From Rhynchobatus australiae (taxonomy: Eukaryota): a DNA stretch of 64,000 nucleotides. The notes beneath the pieces are model-generated. The model saw nothing but the letters and a program-made list of their open reading frames with translations, was not told the DNA's origin and did no database searches. Numbering within the stretch: position 1 is the first letter of the stretch; every line of letters starts with the position of its first letter. This document shows, in pieces, positions 11,130-23,769 of the stretch. The translations under genes were made by a program, and so were the position numbers. The stretch is from positions 18,120,756 to 18,184,755 of the forward strand of contig JAUZTB010000073.1 in the NCBI GenBank assembly GCA_034780895.1, in the 5' to 3' direction.

Positions 11130-11560
11130 ACATTTACCACCTTAACCTCATTATGTGAAATAGCTACTTCCTGTCCTTTTGACCTCTCAACTTGACTATT
11201 CCAAAACAAGCTTGGCCATCATCCCCATTCTACTCTCTGTAGATTAGAGGTCATCCATAACTAAGCTGTCTGTGTTCCAATAGGCCTCTGCTCGTTGAAC
11301 CATATTGGGCCCTGGTTAGGCAAGAACTCCCCAAGTTTAGTCACTCCACTGCTAATGTCACTGCCTTCAGCTGCTAAAGTTTTTTGCTCTGGAAAACATT
11401 CTGTTGTGTTCCTTTATTTTCCTCCTAGTACCTCCCACACTGACCAAGCTTTAGATTATCTACACTAATGCGTCCCTATATGGCTCAGTGTTATGTTATT
11501 TAATTTGATAGCACGGCTGTGAAGCACATTGGGGTGTTCCACTAACTTAAAAGTGCAGTT
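11130..11560 (+). mobile_element. L2-clade LINE 3' fragment
   Basis: acctctcaacttgactattccaa (TSxLDYS) ...gaggtcatccataac (EVIxN), ending gtgaagcacattggggtgttccactaacttaaaagtgc. Confidence 0.65.
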
Positions 11561-12833
11561 ACATTATTTTAGGCATTTAATGCAGGGAACTAAAAGTCTG
11601 TGTGCTCTTTAATTTCTGTGTATAAAGTGTTTTGGTTAACTACCTTNNNNNNNNNNNNNNNNNNNNNNNNNNNNNNNNNNNNNNNNNNNNNNNNNNNNNN
11701 NNNNNNNNNNNNNNNNNNNNNNNNNNNNNNNNNNNNNNNNNNNNNNAAAGTGTTTTGGTTAACTACCTTACATAAACATTGAACCCTTTCATGGGGCATT
11801 TGACTATGGTTGCCAGCTCTGATTGACCACATATCTAAAAGTTTCCTCCCATGATTTCCCACTGTCTCTTTCACCATCTCAAATACTTTCATAACTAATA
11901 ATCTAAAGTAGTCAAAATAAATTGAAGAAAACATTATCTTAGTTCATATTTTTCTTCCTGATTTTCTCAGCAATGTCCTGGAGTTTCATTATTCATTCCC
12001 ATGGACTCAAGGGCAATCCAGGAGAATTGGCAAACAGACCTGACGCAAACTGGAACTTAACTCATGGCCTACTTGGAAAACCATTGAAAGGTATAAATAC
12101 AAGTCATTTCTTCCTCTCACACTCCAGTGTAATGTTTCAACAACAAGTATTTTAGCTGACTTTTACTTTTATTTTGCTGAAGTGGCTTATATATGTTGCA
12201 GGGAACCAGAACTGTTGCTGAGCAACAGGCCAAATCCAATGTGGCAAGAAATTAGATCTGGGTCAATGAAAAGTAACAAGATAGACATTTTCGTGGAAGG
12301 TAAGCCACATGCAAATGAGTGGAGGATTGGAAGATGTGACATAGTTATTTGCAGTCTTTGATTCCTCTGGGTTTATTACTGAGCATCTTTATGTTTAATT
12401 CACATCAAAGAATTTTCACTTGAACCCTAACACTAAATATAATCTTCAACCAATCAGATCCCTTTTATTGCAAACTCTCATTCTCTTGCTTGGTTCATAC
12501 CTTTATTCTAGGAAACAACTTGCACCTTTTAACTAGAAAATTGTATCGAGCCCTCTATTTTGTCATGCATAAGTGAAATTTTTTTAATATAAATTTGTAC
12601 TGTATCATCACTCCTAACACAGATGGAGCCAAGATACAAAATATATGTCTGGGATGACAGCCAATTTCACAGCACACCTGATATCTTTTCTTTCCTTCAA
12701 CTTCAGCAGACGGGGAGAACACAGCCAGGGGGGNNNNNNNNNNNNNNNNNNNNNNNNNNNNNNNNNNNNNNNNNNNNNNNNNNNNNNNNNNNNNNNNNNN
12801 NNNNNNNNNNNNNNNNNNNNNNNNNNNNNNNNN

Positions 12834-13190
12834 AAATGGCTAAGGAGTTAATCAATCAGCTGTTAATCACTTATTTGCTTGGGGATTAATTAGGCAATGA
12901 GTTTAAAGGAGCTAAGAGGGAATTGGTGAAGAAGGAGTTAAATAGTTTGGCGTTAACTGTGCAGGGGTAAATCGTCAGGGAGTTAATTGGGGAAGGGTTA
13001 AACAGATAAGGGTGCTGAATGAGAATTAAATAGGGAAGGAGTGATCGGTTCCTGATTATTAACAGAGGAGTTAATCAAACAAGGTCTTCACCAGGCAGGG
13101 AATGGTGTTAATCAGGGGGTTATCAGGAAGGGGGTTAAACAGTCTGGGAGTTAAGCAGTCAGGGTTAATTAGGCAGGGGGTTAAATGGGA
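12834..13190. repeat. Degenerate minisatellite built on a (G)GGAGTTAA / GGGTTAA core
   Basis: Over a dozen gttaa-centred G-rich units at roughly 14-16 bp spacing, e.g. ggggttaaacagtctgggagttaagcagtcagggttaattaggcagggggttaaa. Confidence 0.7.
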
Positions 13191-14359
13191 CAAAGCTTCA
13201 GTATACGGTGATTTGCTATTAACTGTTTTCATGTAACCAGTCAGTTTTTCCCCAATATTTCTCGGCATTGTAATCACATGTTCCATAAAGTTTTCATAAT
13301 TTGCTGTGAAAATTTGTCTTCATTGAATACAAAGAATAGATTAAGCCAACCCATCTTAAAAGCCAACCGTGCATACACAAGAATACAACTGAGTCAAATT
13401 GATCTATAAGAGCATTATACTGAATGTCTCAATTTTCAAGTAAAACTCTTATTAGCAATGTACTGTGCATGGACCTGTGTATGATGCAGTCCTGCCTGTG
13501 TCCTGTGTCTGACATAATACTGTTTGTGCAATATCCTACAAATAATCCAAACCAGCCTGTAAAATAACATTTGTAGTAAATAATACAGCCCATGAATTAA
13601 TAGCATAGTTAATTTCAAAAGGAATTTAGGTGAATACATGAGGGAAGAGGAAATAGAAATGTAGCCGAAAGGCAGAGCTGAAGTATCAGGAATGGGTGGA
13701 GACTTGTGTGGAGTATGAACACCAGCACAGAATAGTTAGACTGAATTGTTTCTTTATCTTTTATGTAATTATCCTGTGTATAGTTCAGGGAATTTTGCGG
13801 CATAAGAGATCATTTGGCCATCTCTGGTTCTGTTAGCCCTCTTGCTGTTTCATATTGGCCATTTTTTCCTTTTCAAATATATGTTAAAATTCCTTTTGAA
13901 AAGTTAAATGCTTGTTATTTACAGACTAATGTTTACACAGGCTAACCTGTGCTTCATTGTGTGTACACCCAGTACGGTTTCTACATTATCCTGTATATCA
14001 CACTGTCCAGCAGGTATAACACACGCACACTTTTATTGTTTTTATACTTGCTTTTATTGTTCTGTATTTCTTGCATCGAATTTTTGCAGTACCAAATAAG
14101 AAATAAAATACTCTAAAGAAAAGAAGGGAGGTTTGAACATATAACAATTCCAGGACAACTTTTGGATCTTTCTGCAACCAGTCTCATTGAAATGTACAGC
14201 TGTGAGCTGGTGTACTTGTTTTGGAGAAGCTGAGCGACTTTGTAACTGGAACAGAGCTGTGTGAAAAGGGGTCAGAGGCTCTCGTCTGAAAATCTAGCCT
14301 GCCTCTCTTATTTGGCAATCTGACCCATGGGTCACAAGCTGTGGTTCCAGGTTTATTGA

Positions 14360-14769
14360 TCTTCAGCAGGGGGATGGGGTGGTGGAGGGGTTGAAGTGGA
14401 GGGAGGGAGCGAGAAGCTTGTCTGGGTAGTGCGTTGTCTGGACTTTGTACATTCCTAGCTTCTAGGGGGTGTGGACTAGCAGAAGGAGCTACCATTGGGA
14501 GGGAGTAATGTGCATTAAAAGTGCTTGAGCTCAGCTTGTTCGTCTGAGCATGCTCCGTTCACTCTCCATGTCCGTCAAAGCCTTGTCGTCTGAACTCGCC
14601 GGAAGATTATATAGAGTGGATTTTACTTTGCAAGAGGGACACCTGATTGATAGTGCCCCCTCTGAGCAGATAAGCTGACAAAATGTAGACTTTCCTGACT
14701 GAACTTTAACCGAGGAAACGCATTGTTTGCAGGAATAGCACACAAAAAAAATCTCTTTGGGAAGAGAGA
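14360..14769 (+). promoter_or_regulatory. Candidate Pol II promoter / 5' UTR
   Basis: Repeat-free and CpG-retaining; G-rich tract ~14368-14408, GT box GGGTGTGG 14467-14474, inverted CCAAT 14494-14498, ETS CCGGAAG 14599-14605, TATATAG 14608-14614. Confidence 0.4.
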
Positions 14770-14830
14770 ATGCAAGAGGGGAAGTTTACTAAAAAAGCTG
14801 AGCAACCTGTGGAATCGAGGACTCCAATAG
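14770..14830 (+). CDS. Candidate first coding exon, MQEGKFTKKAEQPVESRTPI(G), phase 1; gene not recognised
   Basis: ATG at 14770 with A at -3, 61 nt open, then AG|gtcagt donor at 14831; lies downstream of promoter-like motifs. No homology recognised. Confidence 0.3.
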
Positions 14831-15853
14831 GTCAGTACACAGGCTGAGGGATGGCTAATGTTTCTTACTATTTCAGAGACTTTTTTTTTGAATGATTATT
14901 TCTTAAAGTTGAAGGAGTACTTCTGAGCACATGTTCTGGTCTGTTTGACTTAACTAATAATTTCATGCAGAAAAGAGGAATCTGTATGGGTTTTGATACA
15001 TTTTGGTAGTGTTACTTTTAGGAAATAAGTTGCTTTAGAGCTTGTAATTATCAAATAATTTCAGAGATTGTTCCTTGAAGTTGTGCATTTTCTCATCTCT
15101 GTCACACATGCACACGTGCGCATACATGCACACACATGCACAAACACACACACAAATGAATACAAATGTAGGCACACACAAATATACACACTCTGAGAAA
15201 AGACCTTTATACTTATTATGACCCCTCCCCCTTCCCTGAATCCTTGTCCTTTTTAATGCTTGTCCGACTTGCTCGTTGCTCTGTAGTCGAGGGTACGTGA
15301 ATAGCTGGCTTTGTGCTTTCAGCCTGGCGAGACTCGGGGTCAACCCCCAAAAGCCCTTTGTCAAACTGTATTAAAAGATAACAATGTGCCTTTGCTGGAA
15401 ATTCAGCAGCCCTGAGATTTTATCCCACGGATCCTGGAAACTTTTTTTCTGGTTCAAAACTTCCACTACATTTTATGATTAATTTTTTTCCCCCTAAGGC
15501 TGAATTAATGCTGCAATATAATTGTACCTTCATGCAAATTGTTGACTGAACATTGCAGTATAGAGGTCTGGAGAATTAAACTGTATTCTACCTAAAACAA
15601 AATAATGGTAGTGTCAAATGATTAACAACCCATGCCTCATGCATATTTCACTAATTGCTGATATTTTCTAAGAAAATGCAGTCAATGTTTAACCCCTTGA
15701 TACCCAACTTACATTATTCTCACTTCCCATTTTCCAACTACTTTACGCTCTCTCCTCTATTCCTTCACTGTCTGAATTATACACTCTTAATTGGCATTCC
15801 CCCCCCCCCATTCTCCCCTTATCTATCTCCTTTCCCAACGGGTATCATTTTAC

Positions 15854-15856
<3 letters not shown>

Positions 15857-15894
<38 letters not shown>

Positions 15895-16057
15895 ACACCT
15901 CTTTGTGTTTATGTGAGTGTGTTTTTGTGTGCGACTTTGCATGTCATTTGTAAAGGTATTTGTATGTATCTGTGTGGAAATGTGCCTGTATCTATCAGTG
16001 TGAGAAATTTTATGTATTAGTGTGCAAGAGAAAGAGAGAGAGAGAGAGAGAAAGAGA
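15857..16057. repeat. (GT)n at ~15857-15891 and (GA)n at ~16027-16057 microsatellites
   Basis: Seen directly. Confidence 0.9.
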
Positions 16058-16959
16058 AAAGGAATGTCTTGTGCAAATGATATAAAACATCTGTGCAGAA
16101 TTTGATTTTTACTTTTACAATTTTACTCCGAATTTGAAATTCATTGCACAAAATTGTTTCCTTTTGCTTGTTCTGATTGATTGCATATTGCTTTGAAGGA
16201 TTATTATTGTTGCATTTTGTACATTATTAATATATGTTACAATTATGTGGATCATAGATATTCTTGGTGCTTTTTGTGCAAAATTTATAAATTCCAGTGG
16301 TGTGGTTTTCAAACAAATGTATTGTTAACGTTGCGAGGTAATAGGACTTTTAGGCATTCATGAATTAAATATTCATCTCTTGTACCACTTTCAGCCTGAG
16401 TACAATTCAGTTCCACATAAACTCACTAGTGTTAGTAGTGCTAAGGATATGTTTTCATTCAGAGGATGTGGATGCTTGCTTATAATTCCTTGCAAAATGT
16501 GCTGCTGATTTTGTTATGTTGTGGAGTGGGGCTAACCAGACTTCCATGGGGTTAAAGAGATGGAGAAGGCAATGGGTGAAGTACAGGGAGATGGAGCTCC
16601 AAATATTTCTTGGCAACATTTTAGCCAGTATTCTGGAAGCTCTCTTCAGGCATGGCCTGCAAGTATGTGAACCAGAGGAGCCAATTTTTACCCAATTGAC
16701 ATCCTTGATGTTCTGATTCCCTGTAAAAGAAAGAGTTATATCTATGTAGCACTTATTTTACATTTAAGTCAATGAAGTGCGAAGTATTCAGAAAATAATA
16801 GTGGGAGAATCCATGGCATTAGTGTGTGGTGGTGTTCTACCCCGTTGCCTGGGGAAATATTTATCGCTCAACTGACATAATAAAAATCAGCAAAGGTGGT
16901 ATTCCATGATCCTTACTATTCAAATAAAGGACTAAGCTATTCAATGCAGCTGAAGCTAT

Positions 16960-17430
16960 TCACATGGATCAGGTTATCTACTTCTGGGGACCTTGCTATG
17001 TGCAAAATGTCTGTTTTTTTTCTTACATTACAATAGAGTAACTTACAAAAGTAAATTGTTGACAGGAAAACACTTTTGGATTTCCTTTGGTCATGGAAGA
17101 TGTTGTATAAATGCTGCTCTTTATTTAATCTTATAGGCTGACACTCCCACTGCAGCACTTTGGTTGCACTGTACTATTGGAGGGGCTTGCTTTCAGATGA
17201 GACATTAAACTGAGTGCTTCAGGGGTAGATGTTAAAAGCCCCAAAGCTCAGAGTTGATTGTTAAAGATACCCATTGCATAATTTGAAGTACAGGAGTTAT
17301 ATCTTGGGCAACAATTTGTCCTCAACTAATGTTAAATAGAGGCAATTTTTTTGTAGTCTTTCATATCATTGTTGATTGTTGGATCTTTCTGGTGTCTTTA
17401 CTGACATAACAGTAACACTGCTTCAGAAAA
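16960..17430 (+). mobile_element. Two adjacent SacSINE1-like (DeuSINE) fragments
   Basis: 3' part gggaccttgctatgtgcaaaatg...ggtcatggaagatgttgtataaatgc, then a second body ggctgacactcccactgcagcac...tttcagatgagacattaaactgag. Confidence 0.65.
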
Positions 17431-18339
17431 AAAACTATAAATTGAGAGGTCCATGATTGAGAGGCCAGGTAGTTGGCTTAAATGTGAGTAAAGCATACTC
17501 TGGAATGAGTTACAAACTGGAATATAATTGAGTAGTTAAGGGGGACAGTGGGGAATGGTGTCCATTTGTGGAATAAGATAACTTGGAATTAATTAAAGGC
17601 CGGATCCCAGTCAAAAGGTTGGAGTGCATTTTAAACTAAAACAGTTGGCCAAGCATGTCTTTTTTGTCCAAGCCTTAAGTTTAGATTATTGATCTTACTA
17701 ATTTTTATTTCTTGGGTGCACTTCCTTTTACTTTGGCCTTCCTGCCATGAAGACACTGACCCTTATTAATGTGCTACTGCAGTTTTCTGCTCATTCGCCT
17801 TCCTTGTGTGCAAGAATCTAGATCTATGAGTGCCACCAGAATAGCAAACCTTTGAGCACAAACCCATCCAAATTCTGACATTATCCAACAGCTGTGTGTC
17901 TCCCCTCTTCCCAGCAGGGCCCAGTATATGGTGCAGGGGAGCATGATGCTTGCCCCTTCAAGCCTTGAGACCCATGTTATTGAACCACAGACAACCACAT
18001 TTATTGCTTGACAGCCTCTCGTTTCCCCTCAGCACGATTTCTCTGGGGCTTTTTGTGCTTCTAGCTTTCAGCATACTAAGGTATGTGTGCATGTTCCAGA
18101 TTACTTTGGCTGTAACCTTTGGCCATGCTGAAGAACATTAAAACATTCTGCTGGCATGGCTCCAGAAAGGGACAGGAAGCAGATGTAAATAATCTCCCGT
18201 TTCAGTTGATAGGATCCTTGACTTGGAATCCATAGGTCAGGGATTTAGAGGCTTGAGAGCCTCCAAAATCTACACTGACTTGAGCTACTGAGGGAAATTG
18301 GCACTGTCAGATCACATGCTTTGAATCAGAAATTATAGC

Positions 18340-18650
18340 ACCACCCCGCAATCGCCATATTTTACAATCCCCCCTTCCCAATTTCTCCCCATTTCCATCA
18401 ATCCCATATCTCCCAATCCCCACACCCCCACTTTCTGCCCATATTCCCCCAGAACCATCTCTCCACCTTCTCTGCATATCCCACTTTCTCCTCGTATCCC
18501 TCAATCTCACCTCCTCATCTTCTCTTCAGATCCCAGAGCCACCTCCCACATTCTGCTTATGTCCCCAGATGTATCAACCTGACTATCCTTTCATTCCCCA
18601 GAAGGATTATTCATTCCCTCAACAACCCCCATTTCCTCTCTGTCTTCAAT
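18340..18650. repeat. Pyrimidine (C)-rich low-complexity tract
   Basis: Repeated atccc/ttccc/ctccc words. Confidence 0.7.
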
Positions 18651-18909
18651 CAAGAAGACTTCAGATCAATCATTTGTCTGGCCTCTCAGCCACGGGGAAT
18701 CTTCTGTCTAGATGCCTAGACCAATGTTATTAAATTTTAAACAAGTAATGTGGGGACACGACTGGATCATGTCCCCACACAGGATATTGGTTTGGGTATA
18801 AATAATCTCCAACGCTAACCATAACATTCTCTTATCTACAAGCTACTTTCACAGAATCAGCAGATCTTTCAATGCAAACTGTGAACTGACAACATCCTGT
18901 CGCCAGTAG

Positions 18910-19465
18910 AGCATAGAACAGTACAGTACAGGAACAGGCCCTTCAGCCCTCTAAGTCTGTGCCGACCAGGATGTCAAATTGAACTAATCCCTTCTGCCTG
19001 CACATGATCCATATCCCTCCATTCCGTCTGTTCGTGTGCCTGTCTAAAAGCCTCTTACACACCACCATCGTTGCTGTTTCCACCACCGCCCCAGGCACCT
19101 ACCACTCTCTATGCAAAAAACTTACCACATACATCTAGTTTAAACTGTCCCCCTCTCACCTTAAAGCTATGTCCTCCAGTACTTGACACCTCTAACTTGG
19201 GGACAAATTCTCTGAGGATCTACCATATCTATGACTCTCATATAAGGTCTCCTCTCAGCCTCCAATGCTCCAGAGAAAACAACCCACACTTGTCCAACTT
19301 CTCCTGATAACTAATACCCTCTAATCCAGGCAGCATCCTGGCGAACCTCTTCTGCACCCACTTCAAAGCCTCCACATCCTTCCTGTATTGGGGCGACCAG
19401 AACTGAACACAATTGTCCGAATGTGGCCAAACCAAAGTTTTATGGAGCTGCAATGTGACATTCGC
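18910..19465 (-). mobile_element. CR1/HER1 LINE, 5'-truncated, with 3' tail
   Basis: ORF 19238-19471 LHKTLVWPHSDNCVQFWSPQYRKDVEALKWVQKRFARMLPGL...LRGDLI; tail agagcatagaacagtacagtacagg. Confidence 0.95.
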
Positions 19466-19489
19466 AAACATTTGTTATCAGAAGTTGTT

Positions 19490-19946
19490 GGACTCACTGT
19501 TGGGTCCACTACTTTTCACGTTATATGTCAATGATCTGGATGGTGGAATTGAGGGCTTTGTGGCCAAGTTTGTGATAGAAAGATAGGTGGAGGGGCTGGT
19601 AGTGTTGAGGAGGCAGGGAGTCTGCAGAAGGACTTGGACAGATTGGGAGAATGGACAAAGAAGTGGCAGATGGAATACAGTGTAGGGAAGTGTATGGTCA
19701 TGCACTTCGGTAGAAGGAATAAAGGTGTCGAATATTTTCTAAACGGTGAGAGAATTCAGAAATCGGAGGCGCAAAGGGCCTTGGGAGTCCCAGTGCAGGA
19801 TTCCCTAAAGGTTAACTTGCAGGTCGAGTCGGTAGTAAGGAAGGCAAATGCAATGTCAGTATTCATTTTGAGAGGACTAGAATATAAAAACAAGGATGTA
19901 ATGCTGAGACTTTATAAGGCCTTGGTCAGACCACATTTGGAATATT
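19490..19946 (+). mobile_element. CR1 LINE ORF2 (RT C-terminal) fragment, relatively young
   Basis: SLLGPLLFTLYVNDLD; ORF 19634+ DRLGEWTKKWQMEYSVGKCMVMHFGRRN...LYKALVRPHLEY, truncated by the gap. Confidence 0.95.
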
Positions 19947-20046
19947 NNNNNNNNNNNNNNNNNNNNNNNNNNNNNNNNNNNNNNNNNNNNNNNNNNNNNN
20001 NNNNNNNNNNNNNNNNNNNNNNNNNNNNNNNNNNNNNNNNNNNNNN

Positions 20047-20205
20047 AAGTGATCTATCCATTATCACATTTCTGTGTTTTGGATCTTGCTTTGTGCAAAT
20101 TAACCTATATTATTTCCTACGTTGCAACAGAGACTGCACTTCAGAGGAATGTTGTTGGTTGTGAGGCACTTTGGGAGATCCTGAGAAAATGAAATGCAAT
20201 TTTTT
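20047..20205 (+). mobile_element. SacSINE1-like 3' part
   Basis: cattatcacatt...ggatcttgctttgtgcaaatt...gtgaggcactttgggagatcctgag. Confidence 0.7.
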
Positions 20206-20361
20206 CTCTTAATTCATTCCACTTGCCATATTTCTCCCATCTTTGTATACACCTTCCAGCAAGGAAGTGGGTGAGAGGATCGTTGGATGAGTTAGCTGGG
20301 GAGGAATTTCCTGCCTAACAATCTGGAGTGGGAACCTTGACTGATATCCCATCTTCTGAAT

Positions 20362-20900
20362 TAGAATATAGAACAGTACAGCACAGGACTTTTGGCCTAT
20401 TATGTCTGTGCCGACAATGAATCCAATTTAAACTGTATAGTTGCCTGCACATGGTCTATATCCCTTCATTTCCTGGCTCTTCACATTCCTGTCTAAATGT
20501 CTCTTAAAAATTGCTATTAGATCTGCTTCTACCACCTCCCCTGGCAGCATGTTCCAGGTTCCAACCACTTTCTTTGTGGGAAAAAAACTGGCCTTGTAAA
20601 TCTCCTTTAAATCTTCCTCCTCTCAACTTAAAGCTATGCCCTTGAGTATTTTACATTTTCACCCTGGGAAAAAGAATCTATCTACCCTAACTATGCCTCT
20701 CATAATTTTATATACTTCTCTCTGGTCGCCCCCTAAGCCTCTGACACTCCAGAGAAAACAATCTATGTTTGTCCAACCTCTCCTTACTCTCTCATCCAGG
20801 CAAAATCCTGGTGAACCTCTTCTGCATCCTCTACAAAGCCCCCACATCCTTCCTGTAATGTGGTGACCAGAACTGCACACAGTATTCCAAATATTGTTGA
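20362..20900 (-). mobile_element. CR1/HER1 LINE 3' fragment
   Basis: ORF 20659-20916 ...GDQREVYKIMRGIVRVDRFFFP; tail tagaatatagaacagtacagcacagg. Confidence 0.92.
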
Positions 20901-21739
20901 TAGAAGGGTTGTCCATTCATGTATCGGTCATCTCATCACCTTGAGTACAACCACACGTGATCACTGTCTCTTGGTTCCATAGACTCAGTTTAAGCTGTTT
21001 CACTCAAAGAGCTGTGGTGACCAGAGGAGCTGCTAAGACACAAGGCAAGAATGTTGTTTCATTGTAGTAAAGGAAAAACCTCAAATATTCAGCAGCTCCA
21101 TGATCCAAAATAATTTTTGGTTGATAGTTTCATCTGTTCAGGACCTACAGTGGACATTACATCAAGCATTATTTCCATGCCTCTGTTAAATTGCTGTAAA
21201 ATTGTAAATAGATATCTTGCTAATCAGCCTGTGTCCACAGCTTCCCCTTGCCAGCCTGTAATCATGTAGGGGGTGCTATAGTCTGAAAAATGTGTCCCCC
21301 NNNNNNNNNNNNNNNNNNNNNNNNNNNNNNNNNNNNNNNNNNNNNNNNNNNNNNNNNNNNNNNNNNNNNNNNNNNNNNNNNNNNNNNNNNNNNNNNNNNN
21401 NNNNNNNNNNNNNTGTGCCCTTATCAACTTCCCTCCCAACCCCACCCCCCCCCACTCTCTCATTCTATTCATTAGTACCAGGGTTTGATGCTTTTAATTT
21501 ATCCTAATGAAATTTATATCTATCTAATCCTGACACTAACACCACTTGCTCAAACCACAGGTTGCCTATACTGCCTTTTTGCTTTTCTGCTCTCTAGTGC
21601 AAATTTTAAACATGGAAAGGTCCCTCAAACAGTGAGGTGATAATGGGGAAAGCGCCTATTTTTCGAAGTGTAGCACCGACATGTGTCGCTGCCCTTATTT
21701 CTCCTGAGGAGAGGTGGGGCATCATGCCTTCATCTTCAA

Positions 21740-21965
21740 AGTGTTGGTCATGGCTCAATGGGCAGAGCTGTCACTTGTGAGTCAGAAGATCATGGGTTCA
21801 AGCCCCACAGTGGAGGCTGGAGCATGAGATCTACATAACATGTTCAATGCCAGCACTGCAAAATTAAACTGAAGCCCCACCTACTCTCAGAAATGTAGAA
21901 GAAGAATGGGTGGTTGGGTGGACTTGAGGCTCTCCTTACTATCCTGGCTATCCAGTTTTACCTCA
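21740..21965 (+). mobile_element. SacSINE1-like 5' (tRNA-derived head)
   Basis: catggctcaatgggcagagctgtcacttgtgagtcagaagatcatgggttcaagcccc (A-box and B-box-like). Confidence 0.6.
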
Positions 21966-22089
21966 TCAGAACTTCTTTTGAGCCTCCCNNNNNNNNNNCA
22001 ACATCAAGTACTGGGTGAAAAGAGACATTTTCTAACAAAGTACCCGGAAGAGTGAAGTCACACTTCTTTCGCTATCTGTTGATTTCATC

Positions 22090-22370
22090 TTTCCTCCTGG
22101 CACCTGTCTGAAAGAGAACCAGACTGCTCCTGATGTTGGTGTTATTCTTGATCCTGAGTTGAGTTTTAAACCTCATCACTAAAGTTGCATTCTTCCACCT
22201 CTGTAACATTGCTGAACTCTGCATCTGCCTCAGCTCCTCTGCCTTAGTTACCTCTAGGTTGTCTTCTGGTTAGCCTTCCTCATTATATTCTCCACTAACC
22301 TGAGGTTATCTCACACACCAAGCCCTGAACATCCTTCATCCCTGTGCTTGCTTGTCTGCACAAGTTTCCN
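22090..22370 (+). mobile_element. L2-clade LINE fragment
   Basis: ggtgttattcttgatcctgagttgagtttt (GVILDPELSF) ...ttcttccacctctgtaacattgc (FFHLxNI). Confidence 0.7.
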
Positions 22371-22499
22371 NNNNTATATTGATGCATTTTTTAAATTCTC
22401 AAAAAAAACAGCATATTCAAGGAGATGATATAGGTACTATAATGCATTTTTAATTATGGATGTTCTATGTTTTCTGTATCTATGTGTGTGCTTGATAGC

Positions 22500-22997
22500 A
22501 GAATCATATGGTGTGCCTACCTCTTGACAAGATACCAAGTTCACAGACTTTCAGTCTACCAGTCACTCACCACAGGATATCCAGCCTCTAATCTAATCTG
22601 GTAGCCATAATATTTATGTGGCTGGACCGCTTAAGTTTCTGACCCTAGGATTTGATGGTGAAAATCAGGATACTCAGTCAGACTCCCCTCTCACTAATGG
22701 TCATTGTCTGGCACTCCTGTGGTGTAGACTTTACCTGCCACTTATCACTCCTTATCTGAATATTGTTTAGATCTTGAAGCATCCAGGCATAGATTACTTT
22801 ATTTGCTGAGAAACTGCAAGTGGAATTGAATGTAATGCAATTTTCAATGAACAAACCCACTTCAGACTTTATGATGACAGGAAGGTCATTGATGAAGCAA
22901 CTAAAGATGGTTGGGGCTAGGGTGCTGCCCTGAGGATGTCCTGCAATGATATCATAGGTTTGGGATGATTGATCTCCAACAGCCACATACATCTTCC
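22500..22997 (-). mobile_element. CR1/L2-group LINE RT fragment (second family)
   Basis: ORF 22678-23034 AGHPQGSTLAPTIFSCFINDLP...LQDLNNIQ..SDKWQV. Confidence 0.9.
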
Positions 22998-23086
22998 AGA
23001 TGAAGGGTGTCGACCTGAAAGGCCAACTGTCCATTTCCCACTGCAGCCTGGCCGCTGAGTTCGTCCAGCAGTTTACTTTTTTGTAC
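22998..23086 (+). mobile_element. 89-bp PLE-derived insertion starting at the hammerhead-like core, 12-bp TSD
   Basis: (c)agatgaagggtgtcgacctgaaa...gctgagttcgtccagca; flanked by catacatcttcc (22986-22997) and catacaccttcc (23087-23098). Confidence 0.7.
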
Positions 23087-23769
23087 CATACACCTTCCTT
23101 TCGTGCAGACCAACTTTCACCTTATCTGTTACTTCTGCTATCTCCTCTTCTAGCAATATTTTGTCAACATCTTGTTCTTTAGTAAACAATGATACAAAGT
23201 ACTCTAGCTTTGATCTGCATCTCTAAGCATGTAGGATTAATGTAAATGGGAAATTGATGATCGGTGCAGACTCGGTGGGTTGATGTTTCCATACTATATC
23301 TCTCTATCACTATGACTTTATGACTCCTATAATCATCTCCTTTGTCCCTAATAGATCCCAGCCCTGGTTCTTACTACCTATTTACAATGTATGTGCTGTT
23401 TGAAGATTTGTGGGTTACTGCCATTCTGTTCTCATATTCTTTCTTTGCCAGTCTTATTTTCCTCATTTTCTCTGTCAATATTGTTAAAATGCTTGTTCTT
23501 GCNNNNNNNNNNNNNNNNNNNNNNNNNNNNNNNNNNNNNNNNNNNNNNNNNNNNNNNNNNNNNNNNNNNNNNNNNNNNNNNNNNNNNNNNNNNNNNNNNN
23601 NNATATTGTTAAAATGCTTGTTCTTGCTGGAAGAATTCACCTGACATATATCATGTAACCTCTCTTGGTTCTCATATTCCCTATCTTCCTCGTCATCCAA
23701 GGAGCCCTATAATCCTTCCTCCCCTCTTGTGGGAAATACCTAGCCTGCTCCTCAAAGATTAACTATTGT

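Noticed and set aside
12834-13190. Repeat-spacer appearance suggesting a CRISPR-like array
   Set aside because: Eukaryotic DNA, repeat core under 10 bp and degenerate, irregular short spacers, no cas genes.
18910-19946. Head-to-head CR1 fragments with twin-priming (5' inversion) geometry
   Set aside because: The overlapping LxKxLVxPH segments differ at many nucleotides (different subfamilies), so two independent insertions are more likely.
21745-21810. tRNA-like A/B boxes (also at ~31250-31320 and ~52650-52700)
   Set aside because: These are SINE heads; no complete cloverleaf, so not tRNA genes.
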